Source: Balamuthia mandrillaris (lineage: Eukaryota). Taken from it: a stretch of DNA of 64,000 nucleotides. Location of the stretch: contig JAVKOQ020000027.1 in assembly GCA_031835245.2 (NCBI GenBank), positions 1 through 64,000 of the forward strand, written 5' to 3'. The first letter of the stretch is position 1; the number at the start of each line of letters is the position of its first letter. Both the position numbers and the translations under genes were made by a program. Shown piece after piece: positions 27,791-41,272 of the stretch. The notes under the pieces were generated by a model. The model made no database searches. It worked only from the letters and a program-made list of their open reading frames with translations, and was not told where the DNA came from.

Positions 27791-27874
27791 CATCGGTTTG
27801 TGCTCACCGGAAAAAACAAAAAGAGGGGGGAAGGCAGAGCAAACAAGATTCTTCTTCTTCTTGTAAACAAGAGG

Positions 27875-28419
27875 TTAGGCGACCTGGTTGCCACAAGAAG
27901 AACAGAAAAGACCGCCGCTGTGTTTGGCGCCACAAAAAGAGCAGAAGGTAGGGCCGCTGGGTGCGGAAGAGGCAGGTCCTTGTGGCGCAACCTGAACCTG
28001 GGTCTGTCCCTTTTTCTGCCTGCGTGTGGAATAATTATAGTCGTCACAGGTTAACATGTGATACACATGGGTTGCCCATTCTTTAACCACTTGCTCTCTC
28101 TCGCCACTCTCTCTCGCTCTCTCTTCCCTGCGAGCTCTTTTTCTGTATTCTGGGTGTGGTACAAAGAAACGTACTGAGTGTGCATCATGGCACCTTGCCC
28201 TCCAGAACGGAAGCCGGTAGGTCCGAAATGGGTACCATGGCAAGGCGCGCAGTAGAGTTCGCCGTCGTGGTCAGCCGCAGTGGTGGAGTCAAGCCTCTTG
28301 TTACAACTTTTGCAGGTGAAGCATTGCTTGTGCCAGTCCTTGCCAACACCAACCACCTTTTCAGCAGCGTAAACAGACTTGCCGCAACGTGGGCATTTGG
28401 GGGCTCCGCCGAATTTCAT
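27875..28419 (-). CDS. CRP/CSRP-like single-LIM protein with C-terminal double zinc ribbon (multi-exon)
   Basis: [20 protein letters not shown]...[19 protein letters not shown]...[15 protein letters not shown]. The last exon encodes FCSFCG...FCSSCG. Confidence 0.85.
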
Positions 28420-28776
28420 CTTGGTTTTTGTTGGGTGGTTTGCGGTGGTTGGGGTTGTGGTTTGTGGTCGATTGCGGTGGTGTTGCTTTTGGGTGTGCTT
28501 CCCCCGTTTTTTTGTGTGCGCAATATTTTTTTATGGCGACATAATTTAGGGTTTCCATAGCGACACATCTTATTTGTTCACCAGGCGACCGGAGCGTCCT
28601 GCTTGGCCAGCGCACATTCAGCCACAAAGTAAACCGTTGAACAAATGATAACTAATTAATTAAGTCTTGTACAAGCAACAGCGTAAAGGCAGAAGCGAGA
28701 AGCAAGCTTGGCTGCGAAACGCCAAACATATCATTGCTGCTTTTGTTGTGGTTCAGCGCTGTTGGATATCTTGAAG

Positions 28777-31700
28777 ATGAGCCGCGAGGCAGCGGCAGCG
28801 GAACATAATCACGGAGGGGTCACAGTGAGGGAATGGTTGAGCGTAATTGGGCTAAGTGAATACGCTTCCACATTTGAAAGGGAGGGCTACGACGACCTTG
28901 TTGTCGTTTCTGAGCTGGAAGAAGAAGACTTGGACGCGCTCAAAATTACCAAGAAAGGCACCAGAAAAAAGCTTCTATTGCGAGCAAAACAACTAAAGAA
29001 TGCACTGGAGAAAGGTATGACGGCCAATAACTCGTCTCCTTCCTCTTCTTCTAGGTCTTCTTCGTGTTATTGATCTTGTTAATTTTTCTTCTTATCCTTC
29101 TTATATTATTTTTCCGTTATTGGGTTAGACCCAGCCGTTGACCTTCTGCAGCACCTCGTTCAGAGAATGAGTCAAACCGTGCCTGCTATACCCTTGTTGT
29201 TGGACACAACCTCCTCCTTGACCGCTTCTACTTCTGCGCTCTCTTCCTCGCGGACAACATCATCTACTCTTCCACCGGCTGCCACTCCATTTGCGAGTGG
29301 AAGCGCAGGAGTAGGCAGTGACGGTAGTGGCTCCCCTCTGATGATTGCCCAACAGGACGTAGAACCTAACGTAGAAGAATGTTTACTTCAGGAAAAGGAG
29401 AAAAGAATGAAACGAGTTGAACAGCTTGCAATGGCGTTGACTTCTCCGCGCGACATTTACTCCACAAGCCCCTCTCCTTCTCCTAGGAGCATCTCTCCTC
29501 GGAGAGGCCCTCCCTCCGCCGTTCCTTCCTCCTCCTCTTCGCCCTATACCACCATTCAACCTCTACGGCCAAAAGATGAAGTAGAAGAATCTAAGTCCGC
29601 CACTGCTGGAGATACCGCGCAGTGGCAGGCGCAGGAATCAAATGCAATGGCGTCAAACAGCAATGGCACTAAATGTAACTACACCCATCAGTCAGCTCAT
29701 GTTACGGTTCGTCCTCCTGCGCAACCAACAAACGGTGAGTTCCCACCACCACCACAGCTGTCATCATAGGCCTAACTCTCTTGTATTTCACATACCATAG
29801 ATAAGGAACAAAGTGATAAGGCGGTGTTATCTCGGCAGTTCAGCTTCCGGTCCGTTAAAGATAGATGGGAAAAACAATCAGGCTCAATGCCTGCTGTTCA
29901 ATCCAATGCCTCAACCAACCAAAGTCATCTACGTTCCCATTCCCGTGCCAGTTCTGTCCATACAGCTGGCACTCCGAGCATCACAAACCCACTCCCAGCC
30001 GCTGTAGAAGGAAGAGAGAGAAAAGTACTAGACACATACGAAGATAGCTGCGGACTAGCAGAAGTTATTCCTGCAACTTTTGCTTCTTCAAAGGTCACAG
30101 AAGCAAAGCGAAAGATTACTAGTGACGGTGATGGTGAAGCCGCTGGCTCGGTAGAGGCGGCCTTCGCAGAGAGCTGTTGGGGCAAGACCGGCAAACGATG
30201 GGATAATGGCAACTCCAAACCAGGGGTTAGCAACAGCAGAAAAAGTACCACCAAGCAGAAGAGTTACAAAAAAGACGATTCGGAACACAAACCCGATACA
30301 GACGAGGAACAGACTGAGCTCATTAGCGGCCGAGGTAGCCGCCGCTCCTATCAACGATCACAAGAAATAGAGGATAAGGTAGAAGAGGAAATGCGAAGGA
30401 TTGAAGAGGAAATACAGGCCGAGAAAGAACGAAGGATGCGACGAGTAGAGGAGTTAAGCAATCAATTAATTGCAAGCGAACAGCAAGGAAAGAAGGGCAC
30501 AGAAAAAACGACGAGTGATGGACGGCCTCCGCAACTCTCTCAGGTAGATAACGAAGTAAGTGACGGGGAAGAGTTTGAAAGTAAAGTGGATCAGCTGGCC
30601 TCCCGGATGAAAGCTGTGGTGATGACGCGGATGAGTAACTCTGGTTCCTCTCCTGCGGTGGCGCCGGCCGCATCGGATGATGGTGATGCCTTGAGAAGGA
30701 AGTTCCTGCAGCGAATGGAAGAAAGAAAACGTCTCCATAGGGAGAAAAAGGAAAGGGAAGCACGGGCCAGGGAAGGAGCGCAACAAAAGGAGTTAAACCA
30801 GAACGATGCCATGCCACCGGTGGATATGTCTAGCAGTGCCTCAACTGTGGGCCACGACGACGGTAATGGCGGTGGTTGCGTTAGAGAAATTGCTGGTAGA
30901 GGAGGAAAACGCTGTGAAAAGATAGTGAAGGAAACGGAGAACAATGTGGATACATTACCTGCCGGTGATGACCACCCAGAAACCGGCCAACCTTCCCTCA
31001 AGAAAACAGCATCCAAGAAAAAACGAAAAAGCCAAATGAAGCAAGCCTCCACTAAAAGGGCTTCGCCACCCACCCCAACAGCTCTCAATGGTGCTGATAG
31101 CGTTCATCCTATGGTGCAGGAGAAGAAAGGAAAGACTGCTCTACATAAACACGGGGCGACGGAGACTAAGGAAGGGCGTATGTCCTTTGAACCTAGTCAG
31201 TCTTCTAGACGGAAAGACAGCCACGGAACAAAGGCTAACAAGAAGGCCACCAGGGCCAGCATGGCATCCAGCGACGGCGAAGACCCGTGCCAACAAGAAT
31301 CCAAGCACCGGAACAACTCAAAGCTAACCCATACGCAGTCTGAACAAAGCCTTACCACCAAAAAAAACTCCCATCATCAACGACATAATCGCCGCCCTCA
31401 CTCCGAGAAGGGTAGCAGTCCTGCACATGCCCCCCAGCAACGGCCACCCTCTCTTCCTCCCTACTCCCCTGTTGCGGCTTCCACTTCGTTATTAACCCCG
31501 ATCAGCCCGCGCAACTCCTCTACGACATCCAAACCAAAACCTGTCGTTGGCACTGCTGTCGATGCCACTGCGACTGGTTCCTCCTCGACCGTGCTTGGCC
31601 AAGCAGATGAGAACGATTCTGCCGACTCTGCGCCTAACAGACGTCCAGTTATGTCCATGTGGTTTATCTAAGGATAGGGCGCAACTATGTACATACATAC

Positions 31701-32975
31701 ACAGATTGGTGGATGCTCCTGCTGCTGGTACAGGCGGTGGGTGCTGCCCTTCAAAACGAAATATTTGCTGCTAATAATAAATGCTGCTGCCAAGGTGAAG
31801 CTGCGTCACCTTCATCTTGGCTGTCTTTTTGTAATGCCATGCATGCCCGCCCCTCAGATTTCCATTTCTCAGTTACGAGAGGAGGGAGGGAGAAGAGAGG
31901 GAGAAGAGAGGGAGAAGAGAGAGAAGAGAGAGAAGAGAGGGAAGAACAAGAGAACATAAAGCCTTGAGTTTTAGGGTTGCAGAAGGAAAGGTAACAACAC
32001 CAATGGATAGAGTGCAACGGATAGTTGCCAGACAACAAGAGCGGGAACGCCGCATGAGGGAAAAAGAAGCTGAACAGCAGCGTAAAGAGGCAGAGAAGAG
32101 GGACAAGGTGGTCAAAGTCTACCGCAAAGGTTCTGAGCTTCCTGTCTCTGTTTCTATGGTTGGTAGCCTCTTTTCTCTTTTGCAGTTTTTTGTTCATGTG
32201 GATAACAACAACGGCTCCTCTGCTCCCTTCGTCTCGTTCTGCTCTCGTATGCTACGGTGCTCACTTCTGCCAATATATGGCCGTTGTAACGCCAACAACA
32301 CCAACAAAAACAAGCCTGCCATTGCCCCTAAGAAGACTCTTGAGCAACTGGAGTTGGAACTAGCCGAGTCCAAGTGGAAAAAATTAGCAGAGGAAGAGCT
32401 TGGCCCTTCGCCTTCTACTGGGGACATTGGTGGTACTCTGCGTTCCCAGGGCAAATGGCAGAGAGCTACAGAAGCAGAGCATATTCCCCCCACTGACCTC
32501 TTCTCTCCACTTGAAAGGGCTGACCCGTTGCCGCAGTGTGTAGTTTACTTTTTCTCGTTTTTTATTTTTTGTTGAAGCTCCATTGACACCAGCTGACGCA
32601 GCTTGGCGCCAGTGCAGCTGGACAGCGTAGTCAGCACTACCCGCTGGCACAAAGATGACTACGGTTGGGCCAGACGAGACCAAGCCATGCGTACTATAGT
32701 AAGACCGCCTCCTACTACTTCTGCTGGTAATGCTGTCATCGTAAACGGCGGTGGAGAGTTGATGGGTGGGGGGACTGCACTTGCTACTCCTACCTCGCTA
32801 CCTGCTGAAGTGCGTATTGTTGTTTGCCTTTCTTACGAAGGCTCCACTAAAGCCCTCTCTCTGTGGCAGGTGTACATGAGCTTAAACATATCAAAGGCTC
32901 TCAAAAATGCTGACAACTTTTGTATTGGATGTAAATTGTTGAGCTTGGTGCTGGAGCAATGGTACTATTCACTGA

Positions 32976-33011
<36 letters not shown>

Positions 33012-34053
33012 CAGAGACACAGAGAAAGGAAAATGTTGGAAGGTACTATTACTGAACTTTGTCTTGCCTCAGGTATGGACAATTGAGCAATCTATCAGCC
33101 CAGAACATGATTTATAAAGACTTAAACACAGTGCACGGGATGATAGCAAGCCAAACAGCAAGCTCTGACTATGCGGTCAGTCATTTCCCTGATTCAAATT
33201 TTATGTGTCGTCTGCCTTCTTATCGGTAATGACAGAAGAGATCACATGTGTTGGCTGCATTGGACACATTCCAATCCGCTGTTAATGTTTTGCGAGAAAT
33301 ATTGGTAAAAAGTAACATTGATGAACGCCAGCAAGTGTGGCCTGCGCAAACGACCAATTTAGGTGAGTGGCAAGAGCCAGAAAACGTAGCAGAGGAAAAC
33401 AAGGAGGACCATTGGACATGTCAAAAGTGCACTTTTGTTAATTATGAGGATATGGAAAGATGTGATATGTGTCAACGTTCAAGAGAAGAGCAAGAAAAGG
33501 CTGAGCGTCGAGAAAGAGAACTTAGGCGTCAAGAACAGGTGTGGCAAGAAAAAAACAGAAAAAAATTTGCAAAGGAACTCAAAAGGTACCACCTCCAATT
33601 ACAATATGCACAGGAACAACACCAAGCCCTACAACAAATTCTCTTAACAAACTACAGCCTTGGTACTATTGTATCATTCATTCTTCAGTACTTTTGGTGC
33701 AAAGACATCTTCCTGACAATGCATTGCTAAAATCAGATATTTATCCACCGAAGGGGGTAGAAGAGTCTGGCGACATCAGCTTCTTTTGTAAAATTCCTGA
33801 TGAAATTTTATTGCAAATATTTGTTCACTTGGATTGTTTCCAAGACATCAAAGCGTGTAGCCTCGTCTGCAAGCAATTCTACCGCATAGTCTCTGATGAT
33901 CTGCTCTATAAGTTGTTGCTGAGTACTCGCTCCCAGCAGTTGTACTCATCCACGCCACCAGCATTATCGCCCTCTTTGTCATCAACCCAGCTGCCATCAG
34001 GCTGCTCCTCTTGGAAGCAGGTTTACTTGCTGTTGCTAGAAAGTAAGTAGATT

Positions 34054-34091
<38 letters not shown>

Positions 34092-34298
34092 AGAAACTGA
34101 TTTTTGAACACAGCAACAAACAGAACAACGGGAACATGTCTGTGCAGCTGCTGTGGGCAGCTGTGTTGGCGCTTTCAAGAGCAGTGCGCAAACTGTGCCG
34201 CAACTGAGTTTCGAAGGAACAGCAGGCCCCTTCCGGTGAGGGCTGTGATGGCAATTCTTCTGGGTCAGCCAATTGCACAACTCAATGTAACGCAATAA
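28777..34298 (+). CDS. Large multi-exon protein: N-terminal SAM, long low-complexity/coiled region, RanBP2-type zinc finger, F-box, Cys-rich tail (could be two genes)
   Basis: SAM: VREWLSVIGLSEYASTFEREGYDDL...KKGTRKKLL. ZnF: WTCQKCTFVN...CDMC (~33410-33480). F-box: IPDEILLQIFVHLD...SLVCKQFYRIVSDDLLYK (~33790-33910). Plausible in-phase GT-AG joins were found by eye. Confidence 0.6.
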
Positions 34299-34473
34299 CA
34301 ATACAATGCAATATCAATTCACTCTTTTTGGCAGACAGACACTCAAAATGAATTCGTTGTGCCCATTGAAAAGGTATCAAATGTAGGAAAAGAGTGCATT
34401 GTTGATTCTCTGGTGTATAAGGGGTGGGGCAGGAAGAAGAGGGAAACCAAAGGGACAAAAGGTAATGGCGCTC

Positions 34474-37400
34474 TTACTTGGAAGAACTAAGCTCGGTGGC
34501 CATTAAGTTAAGCGCAGAGCCAGCCTTGAACCATTTGATCTGGTTTTCGTTCATGGAATGGTTGGCCTTGATATCAAAGGAAGGACCTCCATTGGCGGGC
34601 TTGACAGTGAGGATAAGGGGCTTGCCTGGGGAAAGGCTTTGCAATCCTTTCAGTGTCACTCTGTCGTTTCCAGTGATCTTGTCATAATCACTTGGGTCCG
34701 CAAAGGTGAGTGGTAAGATGCCTTGCTTCTTCAGATTGGTTTCGTGGATGCGGGCAAAGCTACGGACAAGTACCACGCGGCCTCCCAAGTAACGAGGCTA
34801 ATATGAGCCACAGGCAGGGGGTGCAGCGACCAAGTGCAAAAGAGGGTTAAACCTTTACCAAACAGATAAAAGAGATGAATGGAAGAGAGTGGCGTACCTC
34901 AAGTGCAGCATGCTCACGACTGCTGCCTTCGCCATAATTCTCGTCTCCAATAACCATCCAAGGGGTGTTGTTCTTCTTGTAGAAACGGGCAACATCGGGA
35001 ACAGCACCAAACTCGCCGGTAATCTGATTTTTGACCGAATTGGCTTTGCCATTTTCTGCATTGATGGCTCCAATGAACATGTTGTTGGATATGTTGTCGA
35101 TGTGTCCTCGGTATTTCAGCCAAGGCCCTGCCATGCTGATGTGATCAGTGGTGCATTTGCCCTTGGCTTTTATGAGCACAGGCATGTCAGACACCTCATC
35201 TTTGCCATCCCAAGGCGCGAACTTCGGCAGTGTCTGCAATCTTTGGCTGCTAGGATCGATACGGACCTGCACAGCAGAGGCATCTTTAGCAGGTGGCTGG
35301 TAAGTGTTGGCTCCGGGGTCGAATCCACGGGCAGGTAGCTCGTCTCCGTAGGGGCTACTGAGCTTGAAGGACTTGCCATCGGCTCCAGTAAGGGTGTCCT
35401 TCACAGGATTAAAGGTTAAGTCACCCGCCAGAGTCATAGCGGTAACCAGCTAAATGAACAACACCAAGCCGAGTAGTGAGTTATGGGGCTTAGTACGACT
35501 CGAGGGAGGGAGGGAGGGGGAGGGAGGGAGGAGGGAGGGAGGGAGGAGGGAGGGAGGGAGGGAGGGAGGGAGGGAGGGAGGGAGGGAGGGAGGGGAGGGA
35601 GGGAGGGAGGGAGGGAGGGAGGAGGGAGGGAGGAGGGAGGAGGGAGGGAGGGAGGGGAGGGAGGGAGGGAGGGAGGAGGGAGGGAGGGAGGGAGGGAGGG
35701 AGGGAGGGAGGGAGGGAGGGAGGGAGGGAGGGGAGGGAGGGAGGGAGGGAGGGAGGGAGGGAGGGAGGGAGGGACGTGCCTCAGGGGACGCTACAAAAGC
35801 GTGAGTTTCGGGATTAGCGTCATTGCGTCCGGTAAAGTTACGGTTGTAAGACGTGATGATGGAGTTGCGTTCACCCTTCTTAATGTCATCCCTCTTCCAC
35901 TGACCGATACATGGGCCGCAGGCATTGGCCAGAACTTTTCCACCAACATCCTCAAAGACTTTCATCAAGCCATCCCTTTCGATAGTGGCACGAATTTGTT
36001 CAGAACCAGGTGTCACGGTAAAGGCCGCCTTAGCTTTGACTCCGCGATCAAGAGCCTGCTTGGCGACGCTGGCCGAACGAGCCATATCCTCATAGGAGGA
36101 GTTAGTGCAGCTGCCGATAAGACCTACATGCAACTTCGCCGGCCAATTGTTTTTCTTTACAGCGTCAGCAAAGGAGGAGAGAGGAGTGGCGAGATCAGGT
36201 GTGAAGGGTCCGTTGATATGAGGCTCCAATTCGCTCAAATTGATTTCGATGACGCGGTCATAGATTTTCTCTTCTTCGCAACCTTTGTCAGCTACGAGGT
36301 TTTCTTTGAAGGCCATGGCAGCTTCAGCAATCTCCTTGCGACCGGTGGCGCTAAGATAGTCCACCATCCTTGAGTTGAAGGGGAAAAGTGAAGTAGTAGC
36401 ACCGATCTCAGCACCCATGTTGCAGATGGTACCCATGCCCGTGCAGGAAATAGAGTCAACGCCAGGACCAAAGTACTCCACTATATAGCCCGTGCCACCT
36501 TTCACCGTCAAGATGCCTGCTAGCTTCAGGATGACGTCCTTCGGTGAGGACCAACCTGAAAGAGAGCCAGTCAACTTCACACCAAGGATTTTGGGTGCCT
36601 TGAGCTCCCAAGGCATGCCGGCCATCACATCCACCGCATCCGCTCCTCCCACGCCGATGGCCACCATTCCCAATCCGCCGGCATTGGGAGTATGACTGTC
36701 CGTGCCTATCATGAGTCCGCCGGGGAAGGCATAATTCTCGAGCACAATTTGATGGATAATACCACTACCCGGTTTCCAAAACCCTATTCCATATTTCTGA
36801 GAAGCGCTTGCTAGAAAATCGTACACCTCCTATTGCCATTGCAGCCGAAGCAATCAGAAGCATGTTCCAAACGTACATAAACCACAAAAAAAAAAAGAGT
36901 ATGACCCACCTTGTTTGTCGTTACGGCGTTTTTGAGATCCTCTTTGCCGCCAGCGTGGGCTTCAATCAAATGGTCACAGTGAATGGTGGTGGGAACTGCA
37001 GTTTTTGGTATTCCCGAGGACATGAATTGCAGGACGGCCATTTGGGCAGTGGCATCCTGCATGGCCACCCTATCCGGACGTAATTTCAGGTAGGATTTTC
37101 CCGGCTTGATTTCTGTACAGCCAGCACCAACAAAACAGCACAAGAAACGATAAAAAAAAAACAACATTAAAAACAATGAAAACGACTCACTCATAGGTAA
37201 AGGGGAGCACCTTGGGCGGGATCATCCAAGTGTGCGTACAATATTTTCTCTGATTAAAAGCGTGGTGTTAACAAAGAGCACGAGAGAGAGAAGAGAGTGA
37301 ATAATTTACCAGCTAGCGTCATGGGCCTGTTAAGATTTTTCCGCACAGATTTCAAAGTTTGCACCATGGAGGCATAGGGAAGGTCCACGCCCTCAAAACG

Positions 37401-37542
37401 GCTCATGCTGGCGTAGCTACGACGCACGCAGCTTGGGCCAACATGCCACTGAATGCAGAGCGTGAGCGAGGTACAAGACAGGCGAAGCAGCACAGAGGAA
37501 GAAACGTACAAGAGAGGAACCAAGACCCAGACCACGCAGCAT
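34474..37542 (-). CDS. ACO2: Mitochondrial aconitate hydratase (multi-exon)
   Basis: [64 protein letters not shown] and GSSREHAA. Presequence [11 protein letters not shown] starts at 37542. Confidence 0.96.
35502..35774 (+). repeat. (GGGA)n purine tract in an aconitase intron
   Basis: Directly visible, ~270 bp. Confidence 0.97.
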
Positions 37543-37903
37543 GCTGTGTGTGTTGTGTGCACGTTTGTGTGGGGCTATGCTTACCGCCTGCTGCTGCCTT
37601 TTTCAGGAAATGAAGCGGAATTGACAAGAGGTTGAGCTGCAAGGAAGGTCGAATCAACCGCCCCAATCATAAATCAAAGTTTTGAATTAAGGCTTTACAC
37701 GAGGGTTGTTTGTTTGGAAAAGGCGTCCGAGGGTTGCTCCTTTGCTTTTTTTGCAGAGGAGGCAAAAAAGCAAACCGAGAAAAAGCAAGGCGCACCCCAC
37801 ACACACACAAAAAATCATTCAGGGTTTCTCTTTTTCTGACGGCAAGTGCGCACACTCCTAAACACTCCCCCACCTGATTTCGATTATTTTTTTTTTTTGC
37901 AAA

Positions 37904-38551
37904 ATGTTGGACGTGTTGCTCTCTTCCTCTACTTTGTTGGCTTCCGACGATGCTCCCCCCTCCTCTGCCTACTTTTTTGGATTTATGGGCTGTGCTTCTG
38001 CTCTCGTCTTTGCTTGTGCGTTTATCACTCGGGGTTCTTTCTTGTTTGTTGTCGCCATTGACACGAATTCATTTACTAGGTCTCGGCGCTGCTTATGGCA
38101 CTGCCAAAAGCGGAGTGGGCGTTGCCTCGATGGGTATCATGCGCCCAGACATGGTGATGAGGTCCATCATTCCCGTGGTCATGGCTGGTGTGATCGGCAT
38201 CTACGGCCTGATCATTGCTGTCATCATTGCTACTGGAGGTATAAAGATTTTGTGCTCACCGTCTCCGCCCGCTCACTCAACAACCCCTCACCTTTACTCC
38301 TCTACCTTAACGCAGTGACTACCAAGTACAGCACCTTTAAAGGCTTCGCTCATTTGGGTTCAGGCCTTGCCGTCGGTCTTAGTGGTTTGGCTGCTGGAAT
38401 GTCTATTGGAATTGTGGGTGACGCTGGAGTCCGCGCTACCGCCCAACAACCTAAACTCTTCGTAGCTATGATCCTTATCCTCATTTTCGCCGAGGCTTTG
38501 GGTCTGTATGGTCTCATTGTTGCGTTGATCCTTTCCACCAAGTCAGACTAA
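37904..38551 (+). CDS. ATP6V0C: V-type ATPase V0 proteolipid subunit c (3 exons)
   Basis: [42 protein letters not shown] and [38 protein letters not shown]. Confidence 0.96.
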   Translation: MLDVLLSSSTLLASDDAPPSSAYFFGFMGCASALVFACAFITRGSFLFVVAIDTNSFTRSRRCLWHCQKRSGRCLDGYHAPRHGDEVHHSRGHGWCDRHLRPDHCCHHCYWRYKDFVLTVSARSLNNPSPLLLYLNAVTTKYSTFKGFAHLGSGLAVGLSGLAAGMSIGIVGDAGVRATAQQPKLFVAMILILIFAEALGLYGLIVALILSTKSD

Positions 38552-38940
38552 GACCGCAGCTATCAACCTGCCTGCCTTTGACATGAATAAACTTTGCCCG
38601 CTAGTATTTAAATGCAGCCCTCCCACTCCTCTTGCTGTTGACCGTCTTCGTTTCCTTTGAGAAAGCGAGCGCCTTGATTGAAGTCCGTGATTGTTGTGGT
38701 GCTCTCCAAGCCCAAAAGTTGAGACTAGCGAAGGTACATTATGGTTGGGGGTCCATTTCAATCAATCCGTTGTTTTTTTTTTGGTCTCTAGTTAACTTCA
38801 CCACAGTACCCTCATGCAAAGATAAAACAGGCAAGCAAACTCAACAACAGCCATTTTTATTGTGTGTCGTTGCAGGGTAATCCAAAGGTTTGTTCTCTCA
38901 GTAGCCTTGGCGAACACGTTCAGGGAGCCTCTACTGCCAT

Positions 38941-41053
38941 TTAGAGAGATGCGGCGTCACTTAAGGCATCGATGGCCGGGAGGCTCTTCCCTGTGTGGGA
39001 CAATGGAGAAAGTCATTTCTCAGGTGAGGGAGAATAAGAAGTAGAGTGCTGGAACCCACCTTCCAACAACATGAGACTAACACCACCACCAGTGCTGACA
39101 AAGGATACCTTGTCCATTGTTCCCCACTGTTTGCAAGCTGTGGCAGTGTCGCCCCCGCCTGTAAACAGTGTTAGGAGAGGGAAGGGGGGGGGGGGGGAGA
39201 GACAGAGAGAGATAGGAGTATTAAGGAAATAAAAGCGTTGGCCTACCAATGATTGTAGTGGCGCCATTTTTGGTAGCCTCGACGACAGCATCCATTGCTG
39301 ATTTAGTGCCTGCGCTGAACTTGTCCATCTCAAAGACACCCAAAGGTCTTTTCACGGAGTGCAGCACAAAGACCAAGAATTAACAAGCAAATTAAAGAAC
39401 CACTACCATGATCGCCTTCACAAGGAGAAAGCGAGAATGAGAACTTTCTTACCCGTTCCATATGATAGTTTTAGCTCTGCTAATGGCCTCTTTGAAAATT
39501 TCACTACTCTTGGGCCCACAATCTAAGCCTAATTGTAGACAAAAAATAAAAAAAGCGATCAACATAACGACGAGCAAAATTGGATGACCGCGGAGGACCC
39601 AAAGCCCTCCACAATGATGACAGAAAGGGATACCTTGCCAGCCAGCAGGAATACCAGTGTCGTCCGTAGCCTCCCCAACCTGGGCATCGTTGCTGAATTT
39701 ATCAGCCGTTACATAGTCCACAGGAAAGTGAATCTTGACGTTGTTGCGCTTTGCCTTTTCCAGCATAGCCTCAACCTTAGAGGCCCCATCCGCGTCAAAA
39801 ATAGAATTACCGATCTGAATATTAAGGGTACAATAAGCACTACAGCGATAAAGGGCACAACAAGTCATGGTCATGGCACGTACCTCCACCCCAAAGCACA
39901 CTTTCTTGAAGGTGTAGGCCATGCCCCCGCCAATGATCATTTCATCGACCTTGTCTAACAAGTTGTCAATCATGGGGAGCTTATCACTGACCTTGGCACT
40001 AATAAGAATGGATATTAAATTCTGGGACAAAAGGTATGCAACGGAGTGGCACTCTCTTACCCTCCCAGAATCGACAGTAAAGGACGATCGGGTTTTTCTA
40101 GCACTCCAGCAAAGGCGTCAAGTTCCTTCTTCACCAAGAAACCTGCGCACCTCTGCGGTAGTTTTACTCCTACCATGGAACTGGGTTTGGTTTGGTGCAT
40201 GTTAACTTCACTACTCGCCGATAAATAAACACAAAGTAATGTTACCTGTGAGCTCTGTGGCAAGTGCCAAAGGCGTCATTGACATAGACATCACCCAGCT
40301 TTGTAAGGCTTTCCCTAAACCTTTCAATGTCTTCCTTGGAAGCGGAGACCTAGGACACCGTAATTTTTGTGGTTAGTTTCATTTGCTTCACCAGTGAAAC
40401 GCAACCCTCTTCCTTGTTCTCTCATTCTCTCTTTCTTGAAGCTTTCTGCACTTGTTAAGAACAGGGCAAAATGGGCTCTCACTTCCCCAAAGGTTGGCTG
40501 ATCGTACCTTCTTTCCTTCGGCATCAAATCCCTTGCCTTCTTCCTCCAGGTGGAAGCGGAGGTTCTCCAATAGAACAACCTCACCAGGAGCAAGCTGGGA
40601 ACAGGCTTGTTCAACCTCTGGCCCCACACAGTCGGGTAAAAACTTAACTGGTACGTTGAGCAGCCCTTCAAGTTTTTTAGCCACAGGCTCCAAGGATAGC
40701 TCCTTCTGTGGTCTACCATCAGGGCGGCCGAGGTGGCTCATAAGTACCACACTGGCTCCTACAACGGCGATAAGTCATCTTTTCCTCAATGGGGTGGTCA
40801 GACCAGCTAAAGAATAATTACACCATACCGTGATCAAGAGCGTACTGGATGGTGGGCAGAGCCGCCTCAATGCGTTGGGTGTTGCTTATTTGACCATTTT
40901 TAAAGGGCACATTAAAATCCACCCTGGATTACGTGCAACACATAAAGCCTGTCAGTCAGTGTGCTGCTACCCACATGCACACAAACTCGCCCACCTGATG
41001 AGAACTCGCTTGCCTTCCACTTGTACTTGATCAATAGAAAGCTTGTTAGCCAT
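38941..41053 (-). CDS. PGK: Phosphoglycerate kinase (multi-exon)
   Basis: MANKLSID...[66 protein letters not shown] and VSTGGG. Confidence 0.96.
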
Positions 41054-41272
41054 GTTTCACTCTGAGCGGTTGCTGAAGTAGCAGCTTGAAAGCCAGCAGC
41101 AGGAGCCTGTGGAGGGTTTGTGGGGAGTATGTTTTATTTTTGGCCCGCCCCCCCCTTTTTTTTTGCGTGAGATTACAAAGCAGTTTTCTTTTGATTTTCT
41201 TTCAATCAGAGGAATCAATGGTTAGGGGCCCTTCAAGGGAATGCAAGTGCCAATAAATAAATAAATATAATT

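Noticed and set aside
27388..28047. Leu/Ser- or Glu/Arg-rich ORFs
   Set aside because: They are microsatellite translations.
35454..36373. Gly/Arg/Glu-rich ORFs on the + strand
   Set aside because: They come from the GGGA repeat plus the antisense of aconitase.
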